From: Octopus vulgaris
Lineage: Eukaryota
NCBI GenBank assembly: GCA_951406725.2
Contig: OX597832.1
Span: 63,984,001-64,048,000 of the forward strand
Length of the DNA: 64,000 bases
Direction: 5' to 3'
Under the pieces are notes generated by a model, which was not told the DNA's origin, did not search any database, and saw nothing but the letters and a program-made list of their open reading frames with translations. Both the position numbers and the translations under genes were made by a program. Shown here piece by piece: positions 1 to 14,717 of the stretch. Position 1 is the first letter of the stretch. Every line of letters starts with the position of its first letter.

Positions 1-284
1 TAAAAGTGAACTGACACATTGCTACATAATAAAGAACTATGAGCAATTGAGGATAAGCGGTTCACTGAGAGCCGTTGTCAGAGAGCGTTTAATCTTGTAT
101 AAACTTAGTGCGTCTTGTGAATAATTTCTTTCCCTCTGCTTCGTGAAATTATATATCCATCAAGATATATAAGTGGTAACGAGTTTATATCTTGGAGTTG
201 GATATATAACTTCTGTACTACAATGCTCTTCTGATATATACATGTCGGGGTAACTCACCCCAACCCAGGCTTATGACAGAAGGC

Positions 285-475
285 ACTTTCAAGTAGCTGC
301 GTGGCCTATTAGAAATAGCAACCATATTCCCTCAAATCACATGTTGCCAATTTACAAGGGAAGGACACATTGGGTAATATAGAACTAAGTATACAAATAG
401 AAGAGGTGGTTACGGCTGGGATCTGGGCTGACTTGTGGCTCAATTGGAGCTGATCTGGGGTTATACAAAAACCCC
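285..475 (+). mobile_element. Old interspersed repeat (SINE-like, (CAA)n-tailed family)
   Basis: Motif tagaaatagca...cctcaaatcaca...ggacacattgg...ctgatctgggg recurs, degraded, near 11500, 11925, 12725-12915, 15810, 18085 and 32700-32790. Confidence 0.6.
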
Positions 476-624
476 ACCATGACAAACAAATGAGACTTCA
501 TTTATTTGGCTCAGTGAGAAAGAAGGCCTCAATTTGAACTCGAATCGTACAGGCTCAAACTAAATACTACATTTATATTATTCAGTCCTCTGCTTTATTG
601 TTTCTGATACTCACCCTCCATTTC

Positions 625-1864
625 AGGCACAAGGCCTGAAATTTTTGGTGAGGGGTCTACTCGATTACATCCACCCTATTGTTCAACTGGTAGTTATTTT
701 ATTATTATTATTATTCAGGTCACTGCCTGGAATCGAACACGGAATCTTGGGGTTAGAAGGCCGCGCTCTTAACCACTACGCCGTATGTAAATAATACATA
801 ATTCATGATCTCTCAAATATAAAACTATAATAATACTAGTTAATAACATAGGCATTAGGCCAACAATTTTGAGGGGAAGGGCAATAAGTCGCTAAATCGA
901 TGCCAGCGCATGACTGGTACTTTACATCCCGGTAGGATGAAAAGCAAAGTTAACCTTGACAGATTTTGAGTTCAGAATGTAAAGAGTTGGAAGAAATATT
1001 GCGAGACGAATTGTCCGATGCTCTACCGATTCTAACTTGCCCTCTCTACCCGGTTCTTTCAACAATACCAACTAAAATAAACATGATTTAGCAATGTAAA
1101 AATAAACATGAACAACAAAAAAACCCAAACAAAAATCATATAAAAATAAAATGAAACAAAAATAAATACACAATAATAGAATAAAAATAAACAAATGTAA
1201 CAGATTATATAAACAAAAAGTAAAAAAAAAGACAACAATATATATTATTCTATTAAATGTATAACAATAAACAACAAAAACACAAAACAATACAACAAAA
1301 ATACAGTAATAACAGTGAAAACAGCAACAACAACAACGACAACAAATGCAACGAAAATGGCAATAATAATAATGATAATGATATTTCGAATTCATCTAAA
1401 GGCCAGGAATTTCAGGATTAGAGGGTAAGTTGATTATATTGGCATAAGTATTTGACTGGTTCTTTATTTTATCGACCCGGAAAGGATGAAAGGTAAAGTT
1501 GACCTCAGCGGAATTTGAAACCAGGACATAAAAAGCCGAAAGAAATGCTGCAGAGCAATTTGTTCGACGCGCTAATGATGCTGCTGGCATGCCATAATAA
1601 CAATAATGTTTTTTAAATTTTCACACAAGGTCAGCAATTACGGGGTGGGAGTAAGGATGGGAGGTAAGTCGATTATATCGGCTCCAGTGTATCACTGGTA
1701 TTTATTTTATCACCCCCTCCCCGAAAGGATTAAAGGCAAACTCGACTTCGGCGGAATTTGAACTCAGACCATAAAGGCAGACAACATGCCGTTACGCATT
1801 TTGTCCGGCGTGCTAACGATTCTGCCAGCTCGCTGCCTTCGTCGTAATAATGATGATGATGATG

Positions 1865-1920
<56 letters not shown>

Positions 1921-2672
1921 TTTTAAATTTTGGCATCAAACAAGGAATTTTGAGGGAGAAGGTTAATCGATGCCATCGATCCCAGCATTTAACTGATACT
2001 TTATCTTATCAACACCAGAAGGATGAAAGGCAAAGTTAATCTTGGTCGAATTTGAAACTCAAAATAATAACAACAATAATATAAGCAGAAATGCTAGAAA
2101 ATTGTGGCAGAGTGTTTGTTTTGGAGGAAGGCTTATGACTGTATCATCAATATTTAACTGGTATTATTTTTATCGATTAATTTCTAGCAAGGACACAGAA
2201 TTTCGCTTTGCAGCCGTAATATACTACCAAGTATAATAAACGTTTACAAATCAATATTGATTGTCTTACTTTTGAAGTTTATCTCTACAGATTTTCTATC
2301 GAGCTGAGAGCCAGCCTGAAAGTGACGACATTTCATATACGGGTGCACCTATGTAATCGCTGCTTCCGAAGAAGAAAAAAATTGGTTATGGGTGTATATG
2401 CACATTTCAGGAGCTATTGCCCATTCATCAGTACCACATCGAACACATGGCGAAATAAGGCGGCGAGCTGGCAGAAATGTTTGCACGCCGGACGAAATGC
2501 TTAGAGGTATTTCGTCTGTCGTTACATTCTGAGTTCAAATTCCGCCGAGGTCGACTTTGCCTTTCATCCTTTCGGGGGTTACGCAATGGGGTTGATATAA
2601 TCGACTTAATCTGTTTGTCTGTCCTTGTTTGTTCCCTCTGTATGTAGCCACTTGTGGGCAGTAAATAAGAAA
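625..2672. mobile_element. Cluster of about 7 tRNA-derived SINE copies (family A), mostly minus strand; plus-strand copy at 2459-2672
   Basis: Repeated core gagttcaaattccgccgaggtcgactttgcctttcatcctttcgggg(tcgataaa), or its complement, near 930, 1480, 1725, 2020 and 2530; separated by (AAT)n or AT-rich tracts. Confidence 0.9.
700..785 (-). mobile_element. Short tRNA-like SINE with (AAT)n tail
   Basis: ggcgtagtggttaagagcgcgg...gttcgattccaggcagtgacctg-aataataat: Pol III A and B boxes, no proper acceptor stem. Confidence 0.7.
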
Positions 2673-4705
2673 CATTGCTTAAATACCCACTAATTTTACT
2701 GGATAGACCAATTTGCATATTAAACACATTTCTGGCAACTGGTACATAAATATCAATTGCTAGCAAGGAGAGAGTATTTCGTTTCCCAACTGTAATATAC
2801 TACGAAGTATATTAAAGGTTTACAAATCAATACTGTATTTTAATTTTGTGTTAGTAGATGAATAGTCTTATTTTAAAGGTTATTTCTACTGAATTTCTAC
2901 AGAATTAAGAGCCAACACAGAAAGACGTTTCGTACACGAATAGATCTACGTATTCGTATACGAAACGTCGGAATCTTCACTGCTGGCTCAGTAGGGATAA
3001 ACTTAGAATTTACTTTTTATCGACCTCAGCGGGTTTTCTTTTTGTTCGACAATCTATTCTCTGTGGGAGAACCCAATAGAAAGGTCCTCGCTTTTGCTAG
3101 GTGAGGATGGGTCGGTAGGCATGGTGAGAATAATGTTCATTGTTGAGCTGGTGACAGTGGGCGGGGTACAGGTGGACTGTGGTGGGCTGAAGCTATTACC
3201 TGGTGAGACGTGAGACGGAGTTGGGAGCGTGGGAAGGAACGAAATGTGTAAGTGGTGTTTGTATTGGGCTGTGAAGGGATGGTCACATAGGGTGGGCGGA
3301 TAGGCAGTTGTGAAAACTGGGGTTGTTTGTTATAAGATGGAGAAAGGGCAGATGGTTAAGGTGTAATCGTTTTAAATCAATCGATACAATAATAAATAAT
3401 AGATGAGAATGAAAGGAAGTTTATTTCTTCGACGTCCCAAAAAGAGATGAACAGCAAAGTCATCCCGGGGGTTAGAAATATTTGAATTACGGAGCCAAGA
3501 GAATACTGCAGAGTATTTTAATATTTTCTCGACATGGAACATCTGCATTCCTGAAAAAACATCAGACGAAAATTTGATTTCATATATATATATATATATA
3601 AAATAAATCCAGACGAATACCTCTTTAAGTACTCTATGTATATAGACTCCGGCTAACTAAATTGTCCAGTTAGTACTACGGCAATCCGTATATGTTATTT
3701 ATTTCTTGTGACAGATACAATTTGTAACTCCAAAGTAGATTACTAACATTTTTCCTGATGTTTTATATATAAAATTGGAAAGCGCTGTTAATATCTTCTA
3801 TGTGTTAAATATGCATTATCTCTCTCTCTTTCTCTGTCTATTTATCTCTATATCTATCTATTTATCTATCTCTCCCTCTATGTCTGTGTGTGTGTCTGTC
3901 TGTAAAGGCAAGTAATTAGCGAAGTCAGAATGTCAGGACCATTACTTCACAGCAAGAGATTCCGTTGTCCATCTTCTGAGCTCAAATCCTAACGAGGTCA
4001 ACTTTCTCTTCTGTGCTTTCGGAGTAGATAAAAAAGTACCAATCCTATACAGGGTTCGGTTTTTGTCGTTCTCTAAGTCTTTCTTTCTGTCTGTCTCTTT
4101 TTATCCCCTAGCATGAAATCAAGTGTCATCAGAAATGGAGACTGATGAGGTCTGTCACGTCTAAAATTCCCCAAACACGCCGTATATCATGACGCTGTCC
4201 TTACGATTTCATGAAGCAATTTAAGGGACAAGGCATATTCATATGCCTGTGAAGGAAAAATTGTGCAGTGCACGGAAATAATTCAGTAATTGTCGAGATG
4301 CTAACGACATGGTGCAAGACTGGTTACTGTGGAAATCGACGAAACAATTGTAAACTAAATAATTGTATTTTAGGAGCAGACAGCTTTAATGCAGATTTCA
4401 TCATCAATTGTAGTCTTGTGATCAGTTGTGACCATGGGTAGCATTTAAGGTCTCAATCAGCATTTGAACCCATAACGCACAGGTGCTGAACCTCAGTTGT
4501 TATATTTAACGTGAATTGCAGACATTTGGTATCACTTGCAAAAACTCTCTTAAATTGGTAAAATATTGCTTTTTAAAATAAATTCTTCTTAGACTATAAG
4601 TAATATGTTCAATATTATAGAATTTTCAAGATATCGAAGAGAAACAAATATGTCAATCACCATACGAGATGATGTATGTATGCACACACACACGCATATA
4701 TGTAT

Positions 4706-4745
<40 letters not shown>

Positions 4746-4772
4746 ATATATCTATATCTATATCTATGTATG

Positions 4773-4834
<62 letters not shown>

Positions 4835-5020
4835 CATACATACATACATACATAGATATAGATATAGATATATATACATACATCAGATTATTGCCTGATA
4901 TATATGTATAACAAAAATGAGCGAAGCGAAATAACTGTCTGTAATATGTATTTGAACAATATAGACAAATACAGGTATATCAAGTACCGTACAACGTACA
5001 TTCTTGACCTGCTTCACTTC

Positions 5021-5236
5021 AGAAGGGGAGATAATCTCTTGATTTAAGTATTCCCCAAAATTAACATGCATTAAGGAAAAGGACAGGCTTATTGCCTGAA
5101 GATAAGGGGCCAGACATGGACATGCATTTCTACATCGTTAGGCGTCCTCTTATCTCCAGACAATAAACCTATCCTTTTCCTTAATGGCCTTATTAACTTT
5201 GGGAAATCATTGATTCTTCAAATTATCTCCCTTTCG
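5021..5236. repeat. Fold-back (MITE-like) element, ~90-bp arms
   Basis: gggagataat...cattaaggaaaagga...ttattg...agataag pairs with cttatct...caataa...tccttttccttaatg...attatctccc. Confidence 0.8.
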
Positions 5237-5427
5237 CATATGGAGTTGTTTTCAATTGTTATTCGAGAATTTTGACACAACTCATAGAGGTGGAGAAAAT
5301 TTTAATTCACCAGGAATTTATGTTGTGTGGTATTTGATATAACTGTATTAATCTATGTTGTCCATATATGCATGCCACTGGTGGCTCTAAGTTATTTCTC
5401 TTGGCTAATGGTTGTTATATATAAAGA

Positions 5428-5663
5428 AAATGAGATGACAAAGGAATAAACAATTATCTTGCAGATTTCATGACTTACAGCTGTTTCTCTTATAAGATGT
5501 GGTGGACTCATATACTTGAGTGCTTAAGTAACGCCTCAAATATTATATTTTTCCCTAATAAACTGCATTTCATATTTTAAGCTGCGAAGAGTCCACTGCG
5601 TCTTATAGCAGAAACACCTGTAAGCCATCGAAGTCGATAAGGCAATTGTTTGTCATCCCATTT
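5428..5663. repeat. Fold-back element with a hammerhead remnant in its arms
   Basis: cttacagctgtttct..tataagatgtggtggactc pairs with gagtccactgcgtcttata..agaaacacctgtaag; carries the GAAAC-AGCT-GTA signature. Confidence 0.75.
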
Positions 5664-5829
5664 CCTTATTACATCTCTGTACTCGACTAATGCTTCGTTC
5701 CAAAGCATTGTATATTGAATTCTACATCCTGTTGTTAGTCTCGCAATGGCTAAGCGAAATTTATAAAAATATTTCTCTTGCAGTGTGTGGTGGCCAGCTT
5801 ACTTTTAAGTAGACTGACCACATTTCATT

Positions 5830-6100
5830 ACGATATCTAGCCACAGCATCGTGGACTCTCTCACTGTGGTACATTGTTGTTACCAAACACACTTGAAGGT
5901 GAGTCTACGATACACCATTGTGTTATATTGTTGTGCCTACATACAGCCAGGTGAACTGCGTCTCACTGTAGTACTCCATAGCATCTATTGATATCTAGGT
6001 GAACTGTATCTCACTCTAGAGGCGACTGTATATTAGTGTGATGTATATAATGGTGCCTACTTACAACTAGGTAGACTGTACCTTAGTATGGTCTCTGCTG
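5830..6100. repeat. Decayed minisatellite (~48-bp unit)
   Basis: Recurring aggtgaactg..tctcact and gtgcctac motifs. Confidence 0.55.
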
Positions 6101-6308
6101 TAGAGAGGGAGCTGTTGTGAGGGAGGACACATCACAGTGCCAGCAAAATGAGAAGTACATAGCTTGTTATTCCCTACTTTAACAACGACTCCACAAACCA
6201 GTCTTCTATTTTCATATGGTAGCTTATTAGCTTATTTACAACCTAGTGGACTGAAAAAGTAAATAATACGATTTACACCGATAAGATCCGCACTTAGGGT
6301 TATATGCT

Positions 6309-6380
<72 letters not shown>
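6309..6380. repeat. (TAC)n microsatellite
   Basis: Perfect trinucleotide run of 72 bp. Confidence 0.98.
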
Positions 6381-6838
6381 CGTGTTGTGTTACTTAGCGA
6401 GAAGTCTACCGCAATATCCGTAATCTGCACTATGAAATGATTTGATGTGGGTTAGGGTTTGATGGCGCTCTAAAGTGTAAATGGCCAGGAAGACCTTACG
6501 CCTAAAGGGACACCTGCGGGGATCATATAGGTCAGTGAGTAGGAAATGATAGGTGTTGAGTCAAGAATGGGAAGTTAAATTTTATAAAACTTAAGGACAG
6601 TGACAACAAAAATAGCAGAAACGAAACCAGCAACACTAGCAAACAATAACAACGGCAACAACAACAGGAACAATATAATAACATTAACTATAATAACAAA
6701 TACAAGAACAGTTACAACAAGCTTTTATAGCAAGCAAGTAGATGAGTAAATGTATAGATAGGTGTAAAAATGATGCAGAAATTTGAGTGTATAAATAAAG
6801 TTATGTAATGTATGTATATATATGAATAATATATATAT

Positions 6839-7045
6839 TATTTAATAAACACAACATATGTTTTTATGCGCTACTATTAATTTTATGTGACGAGAGCATG
6901 CCAGACTATTTTTAACACGCCTGGTGTCGGGCAGTACCTGAAGATTGTGATAGAACACCAGGCGTCTTAAAAACACTGTCTAGCATGTTCTCATGAGATG
7001 AAACTAATAGTAGCACATGAAAACATTTATTGTGTTTATTAAATA
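6839..7045. repeat. Fold-back element, ~90-bp imperfect arms
   Basis: tttaataaacacaa...gctactatta...gagcatgccagac...acgcctggtgt pairs with acaccaggcgt...gtctagcatgttc...taatagtagc...ttgtgtttattaaa. Confidence 0.85.
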
Positions 7046-7104
7046 GATTTTATCTCTCATCAGATGGAGTCCTTTCCCTGTTGATCTTACCATCATGGAA
7101 TATA

Positions 7105-7137
<33 letters not shown>

Positions 7138-7365
7138 TATATAAGTATTTATATATATATGTATATATATATATGTATGTATATATATATGTATATATAT
7201 ATATATGTACGTAAATATATATATGTATGTATATATATACATGTATGTATATATATATGTATGTATATATATATGTATATATATATATATATATGTATGT
7301 ATATATATATGTATGTATATATATGTATATATATATGTATATATATATGTATATATATGTATATA

Positions 7366-7414
<49 letters not shown>

Positions 7415-7416
<2 letters not shown>

Positions 7417-7661
7417 CCGCAACGTATATAATAGGCACCCTTATTTCGGCGGTGCATATTCAGGAAGCAAAAAACGGTTTTGGTGCATTAAATCTTATGA
7501 AAGGCATAACTGCACGTATAAAACCCGGATTTATTTTTTAATAAATCCGGGTTTTATACGTGCAGTTATGCCTTTCATAAGATTTAATGCACCAAAACCG
7601 CTTTTTGCTTCCTGAATATGCACTGCCGAAACAAAGGTGCCTATCATATACCCATGCGGTT
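7415..7661. repeat. Near-perfect palindrome, ~120-bp arms, 4-nt loop
   Basis: Centre cccggatttatt-tttt-aataaatccggg. The ORF track shows the identical peptide [27 protein letters not shown] on both strands. Confidence 0.95.
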
Positions 7662-7744
7662 TTTATGCTATCAGATATACACTTACAGTATAATGCATGT
7701 GTGTTTGTTCCCCTATGTATGTACTTTATAGAAGCAGAAGCCAT

Positions 7745-7806
<62 letters not shown>

Positions 7807-8160
7807 AGATATTTACAAGCAGGGTATTATGGATCATCTGGAACATTGTGACATGAGAATTGTTAGTATATTGAGTAAAAAAAAACAATTACAAAGACAT
7901 TTATTGACAGTTTAACTTGTTCAGACTCCATCAAACCTAATATATAACCCATTGAGTAATATACATGGTGTGGAAGAAAGGCAAAAAAGCTGTGTTTCAT
8001 CTTAGACCCTAGTTGTGAATGTCAAGCTATATGTTGTTATGGGACGTTGAAACATTTGTGAAATGCTTTAGCAGTACGATGAGTGCACAGAAATGTTTAG
8101 AGGGTAGTAGTGAAATGAGGAAGAAAGGTTTCGGCTATTTGTAACGCTAACGGCAAATAC

Positions 8161-8220
<60 letters not shown>

Positions 8221-8279
8221 CGTGTGTCACCGTTGAAACAAATGTTATATTCGAACTCATGCAATGCGTTATGTATGCA

Positions 8280-8331
<52 letters not shown>

Positions 8332-8497
8332 TGTGTACTGAAATATATATATATATATATATAGTGTGTGTACTGAAATAAATAAATATCTAAGTTTTTT
8401 CCATCAAATTAAAATATTGTTGAAAAAACACACTTGTGTCCATCCTTTAATAAGAACTGCACGTCCAACTTCATAATAGTTTGTATATCTATACATC

Positions 8498-8570
<73 letters not shown>

Positions 8571-8616
8571 GGACAGATAGTAAGGCAAAGAAAGAATAAA
8601 TAACAAAAGTCTGAGT

Positions 8617-8658
<42 letters not shown>

Positions 8659-9250
8659 AGAGAAACAAAGGGAGGTAATTGAGTAAAAAACTGATAAAAT
8701 CTAATCTGATAGACAACGACATAAGCCACGTCTGCAGCAATAACAACACCTGCAACGTCAACAACAACAACAACAACAACACCAACAATGAAGACAACAC
8801 AAGTATAATGCATGCAGTCACAGACAGACAGTGCAGTTATGACTCACGACTGGATCACAGTTTGTTTATCAGTTTCTCTTCCACCAAACAATGTCGTCTA
8901 TTGTTGCTCAGAAGACTCTTGAGATGATTAATGTTTTATATTCTCCAAGAAAGCTTCCCGTCTTCATTAATGTCTTTCAAGCTGGGCTTTTGAATCTTGC
9001 TATTCAGAGGGATATTGTGAAGATGCGTGTGCGTGTCTGTGTGTGTGATAAACACAAAATGCAATTTATATCATGTGATCCCTACGCACGTTTCGCCTTT
9101 GGGTCTCTCTGCATTATCTTCAGCGAGTATGCATTTTGGTTGCAAATCCACAGCAGTTCTTCAGGTGACCATTTTGTTTCATTATGTTAAGACAAAAATC
9201 AAAGGCTCTAAATTCATAAGTACCAATCTTACACCTAACTGTACACATTA

Positions 9251-9351
<101 letters not shown>

Positions 9352-10036
9352 AGTGTGTGTGTAATCGAAACGGTTGAAAATATCGTGAGAGCTACTCTGA
9401 ATTTCAGAGGCAACACATATTCAGGGCCTGTTTGCCTCCATGTACGAAACGTGTTCTATCATTTTTGATCAAATAAACAGAATACGCAATAATCACGAAA
9501 TACAGAGTAGCTTACGCGAAATCATCTGTAGTATTGCTTTATATAAGTCCTTGCGTTCTCAGTCTTCTTCTGTTTAATGTGAGAGAGAAACTTTTTGTAA
9601 AGCGTTGTTTAGCTGGTGTACATTTGGCGCGAAACCACGATGATATTTTGGCTCATTGACTGACGAGGAAAACTCAGCTACGAATATTCCGTGTATCCTG
9701 TCTTTATCTATATCTCCCGTCCGTTAAGTTTTCGTCTAATCTCTCGTTTGCTCTGCTTTCGTCTAACTTTCTTTTCTCCTTGTGTTATGCCTGTTCAACC
9801 CTTGATACATCCATGTAACTCAACGCACACCCTGCTTGTTTACTTTACGCATGTATGTATATTGATAAGTATGAATGTATATGTATTGATACACACACAT
9901 ATATATTGATATGTATGTATATGTATGCATTGGAACATAGTGTGCTTGTGGTACTAATTTGTCCTTTATAGAAATTCTAATTCTGGTAAATGTAATGATT
10001 GACTAAAGGCTTCCAATTTATGGAGGTTTTATTGCA

Positions 10037-10070
<34 letters not shown>

Positions 10071-10345
10071 TGTATGTGTGTGTGTGTTAATACAATGAAC
10101 AAGGTGGTATATGAAAACAGTTGGTGGGTATATGAATCATGTAGTGCAATGGTTATCTATATTCCATTTGCAATCGGTTCTGATGAAACAACTTCCAGTG
10201 CTATTATGTAATATACATTAAACAATATACAGGGCTAAATCCTTGTTTTCATCAATGTTTATTGGTGTGGTGTGCCATTGGGTTACATCAAGATGTTGAA
10301 ACAATTGTAAACCATGGATAAAAGTTATGCTATAAACACCACTTT

Positions 10346-10410
<65 letters not shown>

Positions 10411-10411
<1 letters not shown>

Positions 10412-10804
10412 TTTATTCTTTTAATGGTTTCAGTCATTTGACTGCAGCCATGCTGAAGCACCACCTTTAGTCGAACAAATCGCCCCCAGGACTTACTCTT
10501 AGTAGTTATTTTATCAGTCTTTCTTGCCGAACCGCTAAGTTATGGAGACGTAGAGACACCAACATCGGTTGTCAAGCGATGGTGGTTGTGGTAGTGGTGG
10601 GGGGGAAACACAGACACTCAAACAAATACACACAGATTTATACGACGGACTTCTTTCAGTTTCCGTTTACCAAATCCACTCACAGGGCTTCGGTCGGCCC
10701 GAGGCTATAGTAGAAGACACTTGCCTAAGGTGCTACGCAGTGGGGTTGAACCCGGAACCATGTGGTTGGGAAGCAAGCTCTTACAACACTGTTACGCTTG
10801 CACC
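10411..10804 (-). mobile_element. Family B SINE
   Basis: Reverse-complement match to 29450-29860. Other copies at about 15300-15563, 19065-19452, 20527-20910, 28718-28910 and 36455-36885 (all minus strand). Confidence 0.9.
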
Positions 10805-11086
10805 TATATATGGTAAGACTTCCACACGTTGACTAGCACTCGATCAGCTAAGAGAATAAAGATAATGTTATAATAACAACCATACATTCTATGAAACACA
10901 ATTACCCAGGGTTTCCTGGTCGAAATTTATTTATCTGTATCGCCATTTCTCAAGCTGAGAACAACGCGGTTTGTCAATTGGTTTTTAAGCAGATGTTTAC
11001 AGCTAGAAAAATGGCGAAACAAATTTGTTTCGACCTGGAAACCGTGTGTAGTTGTATTTTATAGAATTTGCGATTCTTCTTATTAC

Positions 11087-11154
<68 letters not shown>

Positions 11155-11168
11155 TGTACATATATATA

Positions 11169-11243
<75 letters not shown>

Positions 11244-11279
11244 GTGTGTATATATATGTATGTATATATATATAGTATT

Positions 11280-11340
<61 letters not shown>

Positions 11341-12143
11341 GTATATATATATGTATGTAAAATAATTTTATTTGCCCATTTACTATTCCGGTGTCCATCA
11401 AGTGAATGTCGGTCTTATCACCGTTTAAAGAGCTGTGACTTTGATTCAGTAAATTGAGGAAGAGAAAGACACAACGCAATTGAGTTGGAGCCTATTCCAT
11501 GTGGTTGCTGGGCCTCTCAGAAATTGTAGCCAAATTTCTCTCATATCATACTATACATTTGTGGAAGAGGAAAAGAAATCGATGGAAGGCTACTTCAGAT
11601 AATGACGATGCAGTATTAGAATAGATGAATGGATAGTCATGGCAGTAGCGCTTGTCGAACAATGGAAATACGACAGAAACAACTGCGTTGTGAATTATGT
11701 TAACTATTTCGATGTCATAAGTATGATGTGTCTTGACTGATTTGGATTAAAAAAACAACAACAACAATAACTTACACACGTGAATCCAGAACATTCTTTT
11801 CTTCTGATGACTACCACGACAAGAATCTAGTTATTATAGAAACTTTATTATTTCACAGATAATATAAAGACAGAATGGACGACAAGATCCGAAATTTGAA
11901 CCTCGTCATAATTAGCTGTTCTCCTAGAAATAGCAACTGATGTCCTTCAAATCACATTCCAGAAACACCTTAAAGAAAAAAGCTAGTGGACACCGGATAA
12001 AGTACTCCTAGATATTATTATACGTGATTATATCCCATTTTCCTGCTCTATAATGCGTCTTTCTTTCAATTTTTAATTTGTTAGTGCGAGTAGATCATTT
12101 GACTACATAGATGGTATCCTGGCATTTAGCTAGGTGGACATGC

Positions 12144-12221
<78 letters not shown>

Positions 12222-12224
12222 GCA

Positions 12225-12268
<44 letters not shown>

Positions 12269-13264
12269 TGTGTTATAAAGTTTTTGCTGGAGTTTTTTAG
12301 CCGAAGCATGAAATTTACAGAACCGTTTGAGCGTCGGAAAAAATGTCTTGCCATATTCATTGTGGGTCTTTGCTTTGCGAATTCAAATTATGCCGTGTTT
12401 AACTTTGTTAGTCATTCTTTCAGGGTCAATAAAGAAAATACCAACCTAGTACTGAGGCCGGTTCAGTTCTCTGTCGCCCCTTATCTTTTCTCTGGATTGC
12501 AACTGCAGTTCTAATTAGCAGACTTTTTTATATTGAGGCCAGCTGATTGTACTGGAGAATCACGTTAAGCGTACACGTGTTTCTGGCATACTCAGTGATT
12601 TACACATCAATTTCACAGGTAAGATCGACGGAGAATCCACAGCGACTGTTTATTCGTAGATCAACCTAACCCTCCGACAACAACAACAACAACACCAACG
12701 AATAACTCAGTATTCTACATGGTCGCTCGATCTGCTGAAAATTGTGCTAAATCTCCCTCACATCATAACCACAGTCTCAAACGAAAGAGACAGACGTTGC
12801 TTGATGGAAACTTACATTTCTGGAGAACAACCCGTACAAATACAGACTGGAAACGTCCGTGATAATAAGATTGCTTGAACAGATTTAACTTGGGGTTAAA
12901 CGACAACGACAACAACGGCGTCATTTAATATCAAATTAATATTAAAGGCTGCTACTCGATATTACTAAGGATATTACCAAAGTTATTGATGGTTATTAAA
13001 CACATACATACATTTCGACAAATACGTGATAAGTGACGCCCCTAACTACATTTTTTGCTTTTTGCGTGAAATACGATGCCAGAAACTTTATCTACTAACA
13101 ATCCATATATATATATGTCACGGATATTTTAGAAACCGGTTGCACTGTTGTTTGATGACTTCTTCGAATAACCTGAGTAGAAAACTGATCTATAGATATT
13201 CAGCTTTATCACATACATATATGCGTGCTCGCACACACACACAAATACACACACATTTATGTAC

Positions 13265-13297
<33 letters not shown>

Positions 13298-13495
13298 TGT
13301 ATGTATGTATGTATGTATGTATGTATGTATGTATGCATGCATGTATATATATATATATATACACACATACATAATTATATATCTACATAATTATTATATA
13401 TAATTACTATTTATCTACATATGTATGCATATGCACACACACATATATATACATATATATATATGCATATATACAAATGTATATATATATATTGA

Positions 13496-13551
<56 letters not shown>

Positions 13552-14055
13552 TATGTATACACACACTCACACACACACACACACAAACACACACATATAT
13601 ATATGTACACACATACAGACACATACATATATTTATATGTATATATATGCACGCACAAACACACACACACACACACATATATATATGGAAAGAAAGAATG
13701 AAGGAAAGACTAGCGAACGGGGAAAGAGCGAATGATAAAGAGAATGAGGTGAGAGAAAAGAGGAAGAGCGGGGTGGAGAAGGAATAACTGAATTAAGAGA
13801 GGCAATGAGAATTAAAAAAAAAAAAACCAAGCCGAAGCATCGTGCCTCCCTTTCTCCAATAAAAAATAAAACGAAAACGAAAAATCGAACAAACGAAAGT
13901 AAAAATCCAATCAGCTGTATTACTATAGATAGTGAAATCGCACTTCGCAACTCCAGACACATCGAAATTAATTTGTTATCGATTCTCTATTGATTTCTAA
14001 TTTCTTAATTTCTAGCTTATTGATTTTTATACGACATATATGTTATTTTCATATA

Positions 14056-14089
<34 letters not shown>

Positions 14090-14315
14090 CACATATACAT
14101 ATATATATATGTGTGTGTGTGTGTGTGTATATATGTATGTTTGTATATATGTATATAGATATGTATGTATATATATATATATATACATATATGTATATAT
14201 ATATATGTATATATGTACGTATATATATGTATGCATATATGTAAGTATGTATATATGTATATATATACATATGTATATATATGTATGTATGTATGTATAT
14301 ATATGTATATATATA

Positions 14316-14354
<39 letters not shown>

Positions 14355-14650
14355 GTATACACACATATATGCGTATATATACACATATACATATATTAGA
14401 TGTGAATATTCACACCAATTAAACATTTATCAAAGGGTTAATGCATACATGAAGTTACGTGTATGGATGTATGTGTATTCTGCGTGCATGTATATATATA
14501 TGTTTGAGTGTGTGTGTGTGTGCCTGTATGTGTTTGTATATACCCACATCTGCGTATATATATTTAAATATGCACACCTATATTATTCACATTAGTTTAT
14601 ATACATACACACACACATACGTATATTAGTATATGTTTCTATTCATGCAA

Positions 14651-14717
<67 letters not shown>

